A stretch of DNA of 64,000 nucleotides from an uncultured Chloroflexia bacterium (GTDB taxonomy: Bacteria > Chloroflexota > Anaerolineae > Anaerolineales > UBA4823). Below are positions 7,981-17,266 of the stretch, in pieces. The DNA lies in contig CAWBFQ010000014.1 of NCBI GenBank assembly GCA_963788145.1, forward strand, positions 86,954 to 150,953, written 5' to 3'. A model generated the notes under the pieces. It had not been told where the DNA came from. It was given only the letters and a program-made list of their open reading frames with translations, and made no database searches. How positions within the stretch are numbered: the first letter of the stretch is position 1; each line of letters opens with the position of its first letter. The position numbers and the translations under genes are program-made.

Positions 7981-10863
7981 ATGACCCTCGAAAAATTCAC
8001 CCCTCATCTGGATATCCAAAAAACCGACGAAATCAATTGGCATTCCCTGGGCGCTGAGGAAGTGCTCATTAAGTTAAATACGCTGGCTGACCAGGGCCTT
8101 AGCGATGAAGAGGCTGCCAAAAGATTACAACATTACGGCCCCAACCAGCTTGCCGAAAAACCCCCGGTAAGTTTTTGGAAAATGCTGCTGGACCAGTTCA
8201 ATAATTTTGTAGTGATTATGCTGATCATCGCTTCGGTCATCTCTGCTTTTCTGGGTGATTATATCGAGGCGGCCGCGATCATGGCGATCGTGATTTTGAA
8301 TGCGGCCCTGGGCGTATTCCAGGAACGACGCGCCGAACAAGCTCTGGCTGCATTGAAGAAGCTGGCTGCGCCGGAAGCGCATGTCATCCGCAACGGCTCA
8401 CGTACGGTGGTCCCATCGCCGCGGGTTGTACCAGGCGATATCATCCTGCTGGAAGCGGGCAATTACGTCCCGGCAGATATTCACCTGCTCGAAGCGGTGA
8501 ACCTGCGAGTTGAAGAAGCCGCTCTGACGGGCGAATCGGTTCCAGTGCAGAAGGATGCCGCCACCCGCCTGGAAGCAGACATCCCGCTTGGAGATCGCAA
8601 GAACACAACCTTCATGGGTACCCTGGTCAGCTATGGGCGCGGCAAAGGAGTGGTTGTCAGCACCGGGATGCGCACTCAAATCGGTCTAATTGCTGAGATG
8701 CTGCAATCCGTCGATGAAGAAGAGACGCCGCTGCAGCGCCGCCTGGATCAGTTGGGCAAAACCCTGGGATGGGCAGCGCTGGTCATTTGCGGCTTGGTAT
8801 TCGTCGTGGGCTTGCTGCGCGGATACCACCCATTGGAGATGTTTATGGTCGCGGTCAGCCTGGCGATCGCCGCCGTCCCGGAGGGTTTGCCAGCAGTTGT
8901 GACTATCAGCCTGGCCTTGGGCATGCGCGAAATGATCAAACGCCATGCACTGATTCGCAAGCTCTCATCCGTTGAAACGCTCGGCTCTACTACCGTGATC
9001 TGCTCGGATAAGACCGGAACCCTGACCCAAAACGAGATGACCGCCACACAGATGTGGGTAAATGGGCAATTGATCTCAATCACAGGCGGCGGTTATACAC
9101 CTGCAGGTGATTTTATGAAGGATGGGCAGGTGGTCGACCTTAAAGACCATCCAGGAGCATTGACCAATTTGTGGGTGGCGGCTCTCAATAACGACGCCGG
9201 CCTGGAAATGAGCGGAACGAGCGAGGGCAAACAAACCTACCGTATGGTGGGAGATCCAACCGAAGGAGCGTTGATCGTTGCCGCCGCCAAAGCTGGAGCG
9301 ATGACAAAAGATCTGGGTGCGGCTTATCCGCGCGTTCAGGAAGTGCCTTTCGACTCGGTCCGCAAGCGCATGGCCACCATCCACAAAATCCAGAATCCGC
9401 GCCCGGAGGATATCTCGCCGTTTCAAGAAATCCCCTCACAGAATCGCTACGTCGTGACCATCAAAGGTGCGCCCGATCTGGTTCTGGATTTGTGCAAATA
9501 CTATCAATGCATGGACGACTGCATCAAACCGATGGACGAGAATATGCGCATGCAGATTCTGGCGGCCAACGACCGGATGACGCAGGATGCTCTGCGGGTG
9601 TTAGGAATGGCTTACCGGTTAACGGCTGAAATACCGGATGTTTCGAACCCTGACGGCATGGAAGAAGATCTGATCTTCACCGGCTTGATCGGAATGATCG
9701 ACCCACCCCGTAAAGAAGTCCCACCTGCGCTGAAAACCGGGCGGAGAGCTGGCGTGCGCACCGTGATGATCACCGGCGATTTCGCCAACACCGCCCGGGC
9801 GATCGCCGAGTCCATCGGGTTACTCCAGCCCGGCCATCAGGTGCTGACCGGTCCGCAACTCAATAAAATGGATGACGCCCACCTGATGCTCGAAGTGAAG
9901 AACACCGATGTCTTCGCACGCGTTTCTCCTGAGCACAAAATGCGCATTGTCGAGGCGCTGCGCTCGAATGGCGAGGTAGTTGCGATGACTGGAGATGGGG
10001 TGAATGACGCGCCTTCCATCAAGCGGGCAGATATCGGGATCGCGATGGGAATCACTGGAACCGATGTGGCCAAAGAAAGCGCCGATATGGTTCTCACCGA
10101 TGATAACTACGCCAGCATTGTTTCAGCCATCGAGCAAGGAAGAATCATCTACGATAACATCCGCAAGTTCGTTTTCTTCTTGCTTTCCTCGAACATCGCC
10201 GAAATCATGATCATTTTCCTGGCCACACTGGCAGGCCTGCCTACCCCTCTGACAGCCATTCAACTCTTGTGGCTGAACCTGCTCACAGACGGAGCGCCTG
10301 CTCTGGCCTTGGCCATGGAAAAAGGCGACCCAGACATCATGAAGCGCAAACCGCGCCCGACCAACGAACCGATCATCAACAAATCGATGGGGCTTGGCAT
10401 CTCCGTTCAAACCATTGCCCAGACCGGAGCAACCCTGGGCGTGTTTGCACTCGGCCTGCTCTGGCACCTACAGGAAAGCCTGCCCGCCGGAGCGAACCCG
10501 ATCCTGGGACTGCTCCAATACGACTGGCGCGGCGTGGATGTGCAAACCGCTGAGACCATGGCCTTCGTCACGCTGTCACTCTGTGAATTATTCCGGGCGT
10601 ACACCGTTCGATCTGAACATCAATCCGTTTTCACGATTGGCATGTTCTCGAACCGCTACATGCAGTATGCAGTGGGTTTCTCCATCGTCTTGTTGTTATT
10701 GGTAGTCAATGTGCCTTTCTTGCAGCCGATTTTCAATACCCACTTCCTGAGCTTAAATGAGTGGGCGATTGTAGTCGGATTTGCATTGATCCCGGCGATT
10801 GCTGAAGAAATTACAAAAATCTACCTGCGCTGGCAAGACCAACGATCCAGACATGAAATCTAG
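7981..10863 (+). CDS. P-type cation-transporting ATPase (P2, Ca2+/Mg2+-type)
   Basis: 960 aa with LTGESVPV, CSDKTGTLTQN and MTGDGVNDAPSIKRADIGIAMG motifs and about 10 TM helices. Confidence 0.9.
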   Translation: MTLEKFTPHLDIQKTDEINWHSLGAEEVLIKLNTLADQGLSDEEAAKRLQHYGPNQLAEKPPVSFWKMLLDQFNNFVVIMLIIASVISAFLGDYIEAAAIMAIVILNAALGVFQERRAEQALAALKKLAAPEAHVIRNGSRTVVPSPRVVPGDIILLEAGNYVPADIHLLEAVNLRVEEAALTGESVPVQKDAATRLEADIPLGDRKNTTFMGTLVSYGRGKGVVVSTGMRTQIGLIAEMLQSVDEEETPLQRRLDQLGKTLGWAALVICGLVFVVGLLRGYHPLEMFMVAVSLAIAAVPEGLPAVVTISLALGMREMIKRHALIRKLSSVETLGSTTVICSDKTGTLTQNEMTATQMWVNGQLISITGGGYTPAGDFMKDGQVVDLKDHPGALTNLWVAALNNDAGLEMSGTSEGKQTYRMVGDPTEGALIVAAAKAGAMTKDLGAAYPRVQEVPFDSVRKRMATIHKIQNPRPEDISPFQEIPSQNRYVVTIKGAPDLVLDLCKYYQCMDDCIKPMDENMRMQILAANDRMTQDALRVLGMAYRLTAEIPDVSNPDGMEEDLIFTGLIGMIDPPRKEVPPALKTGRRAGVRTVMITGDFANTARAIAESIGLLQPGHQVLTGPQLNKMDDAHLMLEVKNTDVFARVSPEHKMRIVEALRSNGEVVAMTGDGVNDAPSIKRADIGIAMGITGTDVAKESADMVLTDDNYASIVSAIEQGRIIYDNIRKFVFFLLSSNIAEIMIIFLATLAGLPTPLTAIQLLWLNLLTDGAPALALAMEKGDPDIMKRKPRPTNEPIINKSMGLGISVQTIAQTGATLGVFALGLLWHLQESLPAGANPILGLLQYDWRGVDVQTAETMAFVTLSLCELFRAYTVRSEHQSVFTIGMFSNRYMQYAVGFSIVLLLLVVNVPFLQPIFNTHFLSLNEWAIVVGFALIPAIAEEITKIYLRWQDQRSRHEI

Positions 10864-11078
10864 CCTTGTTTGAGACGAGTAGAAGTGCTATACTTGAAGC
10901 AATAGTTATGCGAAATAAACGTTTTCAATCGCCAAATCTGCAAGATCAGGTTTGGATCATATTCGGAATATGGCGGCGGGCAGGGATTCCGCGCCACAGC
11001 AATTCGCCGAAACGCATCTCTTACATCATCCCACCGGATTAACAGGCAGCCAACCTGAGCGTTTTCACGTCCACTACG

Positions 11079-11127
11079 CTTCCCGAAAGATCCGGTTCCA
11101 CCAGAATCTCTTTCGGGAAGTTTTTTT
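11079..11127 (+). terminator. Rho-independent terminator
   Basis: CTTCCCGAAAGA, 18-nt loop, TCTTTCGGGAAG, followed by TTTTTTT. It lies 216 nt after the ATPase stop and 129 nt before corA. Confidence 0.7.
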
Positions 11128-11255
11128 ATTCTAACCAAGGAAGAAGTCGATGAACGAAGAGCAATCAAACGATAGCGACCCTCTGAGTAAGCCCAAAAAA
11201 CCACCCTGACTGCTTCATCTAATCTGGGCAGTTGCCCTTTGTCAAGGAGCGAATA

Positions 11256-12185
11256 ATGATCACAATCTACAAAAGCGAAGCGAACGAACTCCATATTCTC
11301 CCAAATCCAGTCAACGGATGTTGGATTAATGTGACAAACCCCACCCCTGAGGAAATCGCCCAGATCCATGCCTCAGGGATCCCCCAAGACTATATAACCT
11401 ATCCTCTAGATCTTGATGAGCGCGCCCGAACCGAACGCGAAAACGGCGATCTGCTCATTGTGTTGCGCATTCCATATTACCAGGGCGAAGCCTCCGATCT
11501 CCCCTATGCGACCATCCCTTTAGGCATTATTCTGAATGGTCAATATATTATTACTGTCAGTAAGTTTGAGAACGAAATTATCCAGGAATTCACCAATCGC
11601 AAAGGGAAAGATCTGATCACTGCAAAACGGTTACGATTTGTATTGAGGCTGCTTCTGACCACAGCCTCAAAATACTTGATGAGCCTGCGCGAGATCACAA
11701 AGCGTGTGGATATCCTTGAGGATGAGCTGCAACAGTCCACCAGAAATAAAGAAGTCCTTGAGTTGCTAAAATACCAGAAAAGCCTGACCTATTTTACAAC
11801 CGCCCTCAAATCCAACGAGCTGATGATGGAACGCCTGCGCCGAAGCCGATTGTTTGAGACCTATCCTGAAGACGAGGACTTGCTGGAGGACGTATTGACA
11901 GAAAACCAGCAGGCGATCGAAATGACGAACATCACCAGCAATATTTTGAGCAGCATGATGGATGCATTTGCGTCGATCATTTCAAACAACTTGAACAGCG
12001 TGATGAAGTTTTTGGCATCCATCACGATCGTCCTGAGCCTGCCGACTATGATCGCCAGTTTCTACGGGATGAATGTCAATCTCCCGTTCCAAGATAGTCC
12101 TTTGGCTTTCGCTTTTACCATTGGCCTGGCATTCTTGATTGGATTGATCGCAGTCATTATTTTTTGGAAACGCGATTGGTTTTAA
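11256..12185 (+). CDS. corA: CorA-family magnesium/cobalt transporter
   Basis: YGMNV (GMN motif) between two C-terminal TM helices. ATG 11256 is preceded by AAGGAG. Confidence 0.9.
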   Translation: MITIYKSEANELHILPNPVNGCWINVTNPTPEEIAQIHASGIPQDYITYPLDLDERARTERENGDLLIVLRIPYYQGEASDLPYATIPLGIILNGQYIITVSKFENEIIQEFTNRKGKDLITAKRLRFVLRLLLTTASKYLMSLREITKRVDILEDELQQSTRNKEVLELLKYQKSLTYFTTALKSNELMMERLRRSRLFETYPEDEDLLEDVLTENQQAIEMTNITSNILSSMMDAFASIISNNLNSVMKFLASITIVLSLPTMIASFYGMNVNLPFQDSPLAFAFTIGLAFLIGLIAVIIFWKRDWF

Positions 12186-12211
12186 ACAGGCGAACTACCT
12201 AAGAATTGGTC

Positions 12212-12285
12212 GTCCTATCAGAGGCGCGAAGCCTGCCTTAGAACCAACTGCGGCGTTTATGGCAGGCTTCGCCCTTAGATAGGAC
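12212..12285. terminator. long imperfect inverted repeat between convergent corA and rnhB
   Basis: Outer arms GTCCTATC/GATAGGAC and inner arms GCGAAGCCTGCC/GGCAGGCTTCGC form a hairpin of about 74 nt. Confidence 0.45.
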
Positions 12286-12324
12286 AGATCTCCACCCGAT
12301 TTTCGTTCTTTTTAGGCAGCATGT

Positions 12325-12978
12325 TTAAGATTCGTCGCTCAGTTGACGGGGATGAAAGCTCTTGCGATGGATCGGGCATAGCCCACATGCCTGTATGCTT
12401 TGGATGTGCTCCTGAGTTCCGTAACCTTTATGTCTGCCAAATCCATATCCGGGATATTCCTCTTCCAGGCGTTGCATTTGGGCGTCACGGGCTGTCTTCG
12501 CCAACACCGAAGCGGCTGCTATCGATAATGAGCGCATGTCCCCTTTCACCAGCGCAGTTTGAGGAATGGGCAATTCCGGGAGATGCAAATAATCCACCAG
12601 TAAATGTTGGGGAGAGAGAGACAGTTGGTCTACCGCCCGCCTAACCGCCAGACGGGTGGCAGGCGCAATCCCAAGATTGTCAATTTCCAGGTGACTGGCA
12701 AAACCAATCCCATAACATGCCGCCAGCAACCGAATGCGCTGCTGCCAAACCTCGCGTTCGCTGGCTTTCATCTGTTTTGAATCACGAACGCCTGACAATT
12801 GTCGAGAAATCAATGGATCCACAGGCAAGATCACTGCGGCAGCAGTTACTGGTCCAGCAAGTGCGCCTCGTCCAGCTTCATCCACGCCAGCAATGAACTG
12901 GATACCTTGCGCCCACAGAGCAGACTCGAAGCTCAGGTCAGGCGCAGAGGGGATTAATGCCGGGTCAAATTTCTTCAT
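12325..12978 (-). CDS. rnhB: ribonuclease HII
   Basis: 217 aa with the GVDEAGRGALAGPV catalytic motif. Confidence 0.9.
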   Translation of the reverse strand: MKKFDPALIPSAPDLSFESALWAQGIQFIAGVDEAGRGALAGPVTAAAVILPVDPLISRQLSGVRDSKQMKASEREVWQQRIRLLAACYGIGFASHLEIDNLGIAPATRLAVRRAVDQLSLSPQHLLVDYLHLPELPIPQTALVKGDMRSLSIAAASVLAKTARDAQMQRLEEEYPGYGFGRHKGYGTQEHIQSIQACGLCPIHRKSFHPRQLSDES

Positions 12979-13014
12979 CCTTTTTTCTGGAAATCAACCG
13001 CTGCCAAAGCACGT

Positions 13015-13758
13015 TTAGATCGATGGTTTATACCGCCCCTGCCAGTCATTTTTCCGGATGGTTAGCAAATCCAGGCCCATCCGAAGGGTATCTCTCGCCA
13101 GCGAGAGCTTGCTTTCTGGGTCAAAATACCAGGGAATGGGAATTTCTGCCATCCGATATCCCCGCCGACGAGCAATATAAAGCACCTCCACATCGAAAGC
13201 CCAACCCGTCAGAGTCAGGTGACTAAACAGGTCTTCGGCAGCCTGGCGTCGGAAGCATTTGAACCCACATTGGGTATCTTGCAGTCCTGGTAAAGCCAGA
13301 ATACGGATCATAAAGTTGATCATCCGTCCACCTAAATGGCGATAGAAAGGCTCGTGGATACGCCTGGAACCAACCGCTTCCCGAGAGGCAATCGCCACAT
13401 CAATATCATTAAGCAGAGGGGGAAGAAAACGCGGGATTTCACTGACTGGCATTGAGAGATCTGCATCACACATAAAGCGGAATTCTCCCCGACTTTCCAG
13501 CATACCCCGTTTAACTGCCAGACCTTTGCCGCGCCGTTCTTCATGGATAACCCGAAAATGGGGATTTTGTTCCGAAAAATCCCGGGCAATCTGGAATGTG
13601 TGATCTTTGCTGCCGTTCTCTACAATTAATATTTCGCTTTCATAAGGTTGGGTTTGGATGAAGTCGTTCACCTGAACCAGGGTGGTCGGAAGACGATTTT
13701 CTTCATTAAAGGCAGGGATGATGATCGACAGCAAAGGGGGGGACAAATCTCGACGCAC
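13015..13758 (-). CDS. family 2 glycosyltransferase (polyprenyl-phosphate sugar synthase-like)
   Basis: LSIIIPAFNEENRL, VENGSKD and CDADLS (DxD) motifs. GTG start. Confidence 0.75.
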   Translation of the reverse strand: MRRDLSPPLLSIIIPAFNEENRLPTTLVQVNDFIQTQPYESEILIVENGSKDHTFQIARDFSEQNPHFRVIHEERRGKGLAVKRGMLESRGEFRFMCDADLSMPVSEIPRFLPPLLNDIDVAIASREAVGSRRIHEPFYRHLGGRMINFMIRILALPGLQDTQCGFKCFRRQAAEDLFSHLTLTGWAFDVEVLYIARRRGYRMAEIPIPWYFDPESKLSLARDTLRMGLDLLTIRKNDWQGRYKPSI

Positions 13759-13895
13759 TCCATCAGGTGATGATAATCACAACAACAACCAACCCAATCA
13801 GGATGATCAAATTCACAATGAGCAATACCCCGATTAAGATCCACTGCTGACGATTAAAAGGAAAAACCTTGGCTAAACGTTTGATTATTTCGGGT

Positions 13896-14591
13896 TCAGC
13901 GCGAACTCAAATTCGCCAGACGGGAGGGTTCTGCCGGTTTTTTGGGAGCAGGCTGATCTCGCAGGGAATAAATATCTCGAATCTCTTTGACCGCATCAGG
14001 TGGTTCTTGAGAATTTTCACCCAGATAACCATCGATAATCTGCTGAATGGATTCCTGGTTCAGCGCCACTGGGGTGGTCAAAACGCTGGTAACAAAACGC
14101 TGTACAGCATCCACCAACACAATCCGAGCGGCAGGATGAGCGGTATCCACATGCGCCCCTGGGTCCGTAAAGAACACAATCGGATCCACGTCAGGCGCTT
14201 CGACCCCCAAGTTGAATAGTTTCTCGGACAATGAGTTGGCTTTTTGGCGGGCAAGCGCTATAGGGTTCGGTTGGGCAGGTTTATAGCTGCCCGTTCTGGC
14301 ATCTAACGCCTCCCAGGATTCCTCCGCTGCCCTGAAGACCCCTTTGGCATCACTGAGCAAAATCAACCAGATCCCGGTTGGTCCAGCCAGGGTCATAGAT
14401 TCTTCCATCCCTTTGGGCTGAGAATTACATAGGAGTACAAAGCGATGATCGAGTGTAGCCCTTAACGACTTGATGAAAAGATCTTTGGGAGACTTTTTTT
14501 TTCGGGAGGACAAGATGCCCCCGAGACCGACCTCGCTCGAGTCGCTCTTCTTGTCTTCTCGTTTCTCAATACCACAATCGTATACTCTCAT
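13896..14591 (-). CDS. NERD domain-containing protein
   Basis: The core GPTGIWLILLSDAKGVF...PNPIALARQKANSL...PIVFFTDPGA has the NERD layout. A TM-like continuation exists in the +1 frame at 13764-13898 (see findings). Confidence 0.55.
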   Translation of the reverse strand: MRVYDCGIEKREDKKSDSSEVGLGGILSSRKKKSPKDLFIKSLRATLDHRFVLLCNSQPKGMEESMTLAGPTGIWLILLSDAKGVFRAAEESWEALDARTGSYKPAQPNPIALARQKANSLSEKLFNLGVEAPDVDPIVFFTDPGAHVDTAHPAARIVLVDAVQRFVTSVLTTPVALNQESIQQIIDGYLGENSQEPPDAVKEIRDIYSLRDQPAPKKPAEPSRLANLSSR

Positions 14592-14644
14592 AGCGGCAAT
14601 TCCAGTAAGTTGAGCCTATCGACGAGAAAATGAAACCGTAATGG

Positions 14645-14956
14645 TCAAATCACAGGCGCGCCGTCCAAGAAATCCTGGGTCGCCTGAGTATCGCCAGCCA
14701 CCAAAACCTCTCGTCCATCGGTCTGAAATAGTTTGACTGGCTTGGATAGCTCAAAAGTGCCTGCCATCAGAGGGATTTGCCTGCCCGTGAAGAACCGTTT
14801 TCCGGCTTTCAATTGGTCAATCAACGTCTGACGATCAAGCTTGAGGCGATCCGAAAAGATCGGGCCGCGACGCAAATAGACACGCGCCCATTTCACACCG
14901 CCACCTGAATCGTAATGAACTGCTTCAACAACACCATCGAATTTATCTTTTGCCAT
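14645..14956 (-). CDS. hypothetical protein, DUF3892-like
   Basis: 103 aa from ATG 14956 (MAKDKFDGVVEAVHYDSGGG...), preceded by GGAGG. The family resemblance is from memory only. Confidence 0.5.
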   Translation of the reverse strand: MAKDKFDGVVEAVHYDSGGGVKWARVYLRRGPIFSDRLKLDRQTLIDQLKAGKRFFTGRQIPLMAGTFELSKPVKLFQTDGREVLVAGDTQATQDFLDGAPVI

Positions 14957-15043
14957 GGATCCCCTCCAGCGAGCGCTCCTCAGATTTAAATTTGCGTAGC
15001 GCGTCTTCAACAAGAAATACGCCCTACGCAACCAGTCATCCAG

Positions 15044-15117
15044 TCGGGGCGGGCGGACTTGAACCGCCGACCCCCGCGTCCCAAACGCGGTGCGCTACCG
15101 TACTGCGCCACGCCCCG
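15044..15117 (-). tRNA. tRNA-Pro (anticodon TGG)
   Basis: The reverse complement is CGGGGCG-TG-GCGC...GCGC-A-CCGCG-TTTGGGA-CGCGG-GGGTC-GGCGG-TTCAAGT-CCGCC-CGCCCCG-A, a clean cloverleaf. CCA is not encoded. Confidence 0.85.
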
Positions 15118-15170
15118 ATATTTGTGAGTATAATGCGAAGTGGCATTAAAAGTCAAGGAAAACGGATTTT

Positions 15171-15902
15171 ATGTTTCCATTACTCTATCATGCTCATCAT
15201 AGCTTGCATCGTGAAGATATACCTTTCTGGGTAGGATTGGCTGAGGGCTCTCCCGACCCAGTGCTGGAGCTTGGCTGCGGATCCGGGCGGGTCCTGGCTG
15301 CGCTGGATCAAGCAGGCAAGCGGGTGTTTGGCCTGGATCTGGATATCGGGATGTTGAAGGTATTACGGGAATACCTGCCAGAGATCTCAACAGTTAGAAA
15401 TCGGGTCTTCCAGGCGGATTTCACCGCTTTTCGCCTGGCTGCCCGCTTTGGACTGATTCTACTGCCCTGCAATACGTATAGCACACTCACATCTCTTGAA
15501 CGCACTCGCTTGCTTGAATGCGTAATCGATCACTTGAATCCAGGAGGTATCTTCGCAACAAGCCTACCCAACCCGATCTTGCTGAGAAGTCTTCCCAAGC
15601 GGGCTGACCCAGAAATTGAAGAAATCTTTCCACACCCGCTGGATAAAGAGCCAGTCCAGGTCAGCAGCGAATGGCAGCGAGATCGAACAAGCCTGACGCT
15701 ACAATGGCATTATGATCACCTTCTCCCCGAAGGACAGGTGGAAAGAGTAACTGCGCAGGTTATCCACCAGTTGACTCCGGTGGAAACTTATCAACAAGAG
15801 CTCCAATCTGTGGGTTTTCGTGATTTAAAGATGATCGGAGATTTTGATGGATCAATCTACACGGCATCGTCCCCTCAATTGATCATCCTGGCTGCTCAAT
15901 AA
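15171..15902 (+). CDS. class I SAM-dependent methyltransferase
   Basis: VLELGCGSGRV (motif I) and GLILLPCNT motifs. Confidence 0.75.
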   Translation: MFPLLYHAHHSLHREDIPFWVGLAEGSPDPVLELGCGSGRVLAALDQAGKRVFGLDLDIGMLKVLREYLPEISTVRNRVFQADFTAFRLAARFGLILLPCNTYSTLTSLERTRLLECVIDHLNPGGIFATSLPNPILLRSLPKRADPEIEEIFPHPLDKEPVQVSSEWQRDRTSLTLQWHYDHLLPEGQVERVTAQVIHQLTPVETYQQELQSVGFRDLKMIGDFDGSIYTASSPQLIILAAQ

Positions 15903-15908
15903 TTCCAC

Positions 15909-15955
15909 AAAACCCTCCTGCCCTTTTCGTCGACCATCAAGACCAGGAGGGTTTT
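15909..15955. terminator. hairpin between convergent methyltransferase and baeRF genes
   Basis: AAAACCCTCCTG, 23-nt loop, CAGGAGGGTTTT, with T-rich flanks in both directions. Confidence 0.5.
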
Positions 15956-15974
15956 CTCTCCAGAATATTCGTAT

Positions 15975-17075
15975 CTAATATCGCAATAGCGCTCCAATAC
16001 GATCAAAACCATCTTCGATATGCTCAGGGTGCAATACCTCGACTTCACCGCCTGAGCGCATCACTTCACCCACCGCCAGTTCGACAACATCGGTAACTTT
16101 TTCCATCGTACCGTTGCAAAACGGACAAATATCCACCGGCATTGAGGCGATGTAACCGCAACTGCTGCATCGTGCACCCACCTCGCGAAACCCCGCCTGA
16201 ATGACGAGCGTATTGACGCGGCCTGCCCGAATCGCATCCAGAGTGTTCTGTAGGCCAACCACTCCGCCTTTACCTTTGGCAGCATTCGTAACCACTTGTT
16301 TGACCAATTGGACCTCACGCCGCTTCTCAGCTTCTTCCCCGATGCTCATAGCCTTTTGGAGTACCTCGTGCTGGCTGGCAACCATACTGATGGGGAAAGA
16401 GCCAACAATCAGGCTCTGCCAGGATTTTGGTAATATAGATCGGAATAATGCCACATTTTCATCCGTGCCCCCGATCACGATCCGCCGCACATGCTTCTCA
16501 GCAAAAAAATGAGTTGCAAACTCGATGGCTTCGCGCATATTTCGCTCTGTTACCTCTTCCACATAGCCGGTTTGGCCGGCAACGCCGCCTCTCCTGCCAG
16601 CTGCCTGCGACCCACCGCCGCGCTTGGTATGGCGGACACTCTCACCCAGCATACCTTCCTGCTCTTGAAGTTCTCCCAGGTGAAAGTGAAAAAAACGCGC
16701 CCCTTGCTTATCCACCAAAACTACCCCATAACCGCCGTAGGAGTCCAGCAGATCCGCTAACGGTTTCAAATGAGGTCTATCGCTCACTCGCACCCGGCTT
16801 TGGATAGGGAGCGCCAGGGAGAAAGAGCGAAGAAAATTATCAGGTGTGCACGAAAAAATCGCTACACTCTTTCCTGACCAATCGTGATGACGTTCAACGA
16901 ATTCAACAACGGCATCAGCATCTGTGGTGAGAGGAACATCCTTAATCATACTTCGCAGCCTCAAGCGATGGAATTCGGTATTACCTTCGGCTGGATCTGT
17001 ATTTAAATAAACACTCAATACAGGATGTTCAGGCTGATAATGCAACAGCTCTTGCATATTTTGTTCTGTTATCAT
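15975..17075 (-). CDS. bacterial eRF1-like (baeRF/Vms1-like) protein with C-terminal zinc ribbon
   Basis: 366 aa. N-terminal VLSVYLNTDP, a KRGGGSQ loop (16605-16625) resembling the GGQ/GxxQ peptidyl-tRNA hydrolysis loop, and a C-terminal CSSCGY...CPFCNG. Confidence 0.6.
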   Translation of the reverse strand: MITEQNMQELLHYQPEHPVLSVYLNTDPAEGNTEFHRLRLRSMIKDVPLTTDADAVVEFVERHHDWSGKSVAIFSCTPDNFLRSFSLALPIQSRVRVSDRPHLKPLADLLDSYGGYGVVLVDKQGARFFHFHLGELQEQEGMLGESVRHTKRGGGSQAAGRRGGVAGQTGYVEEVTERNMREAIEFATHFFAEKHVRRIVIGGTDENVALFRSILPKSWQSLIVGSFPISMVASQHEVLQKAMSIGEEAEKRREVQLVKQVVTNAAKGKGGVVGLQNTLDAIRAGRVNTLVIQAGFREVGARCSSCGYIASMPVDICPFCNGTMEKVTDVVELAVGEVMRSGGEVEVLHPEHIEDGFDRIGALLRY

Positions 17076-17266
17076 CGTAGCCTCCTTTATTTAGTTGCGG
17101 GTTCATCTGTCCCCAGTTGTCATATGCTGATATTATTGTATCTAGTTAAAGCGGTCAAAGTCAAGCCTTCGACTAAACATTTATGATAGATTAAGTATAC
17201 GAATTTCTCCTGTGAAGATCATGAAGCGTCCTCCACTTTTTCAGCAACCATGCTATTATTAATTAC

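Noticed and set aside
10864-11078. M-box (Mg2+) riboswitch upstream of corA
   Set aside because: I could not find the conserved M-box core segments (such as the GTTAGGTGAGGC-like 5' element). I report it only as an unassigned structured gap.
10860-11369. 169-aa minus-strand ORF spanning the ATPase-corA gap
   Set aside because: It overlaps the well-supported corA start by more than 100 nt and runs antisense through a strong plus-strand terminator. It has no SD sequence, and its composition is odd with no recognisable motif. It is most likely a chance ORF.
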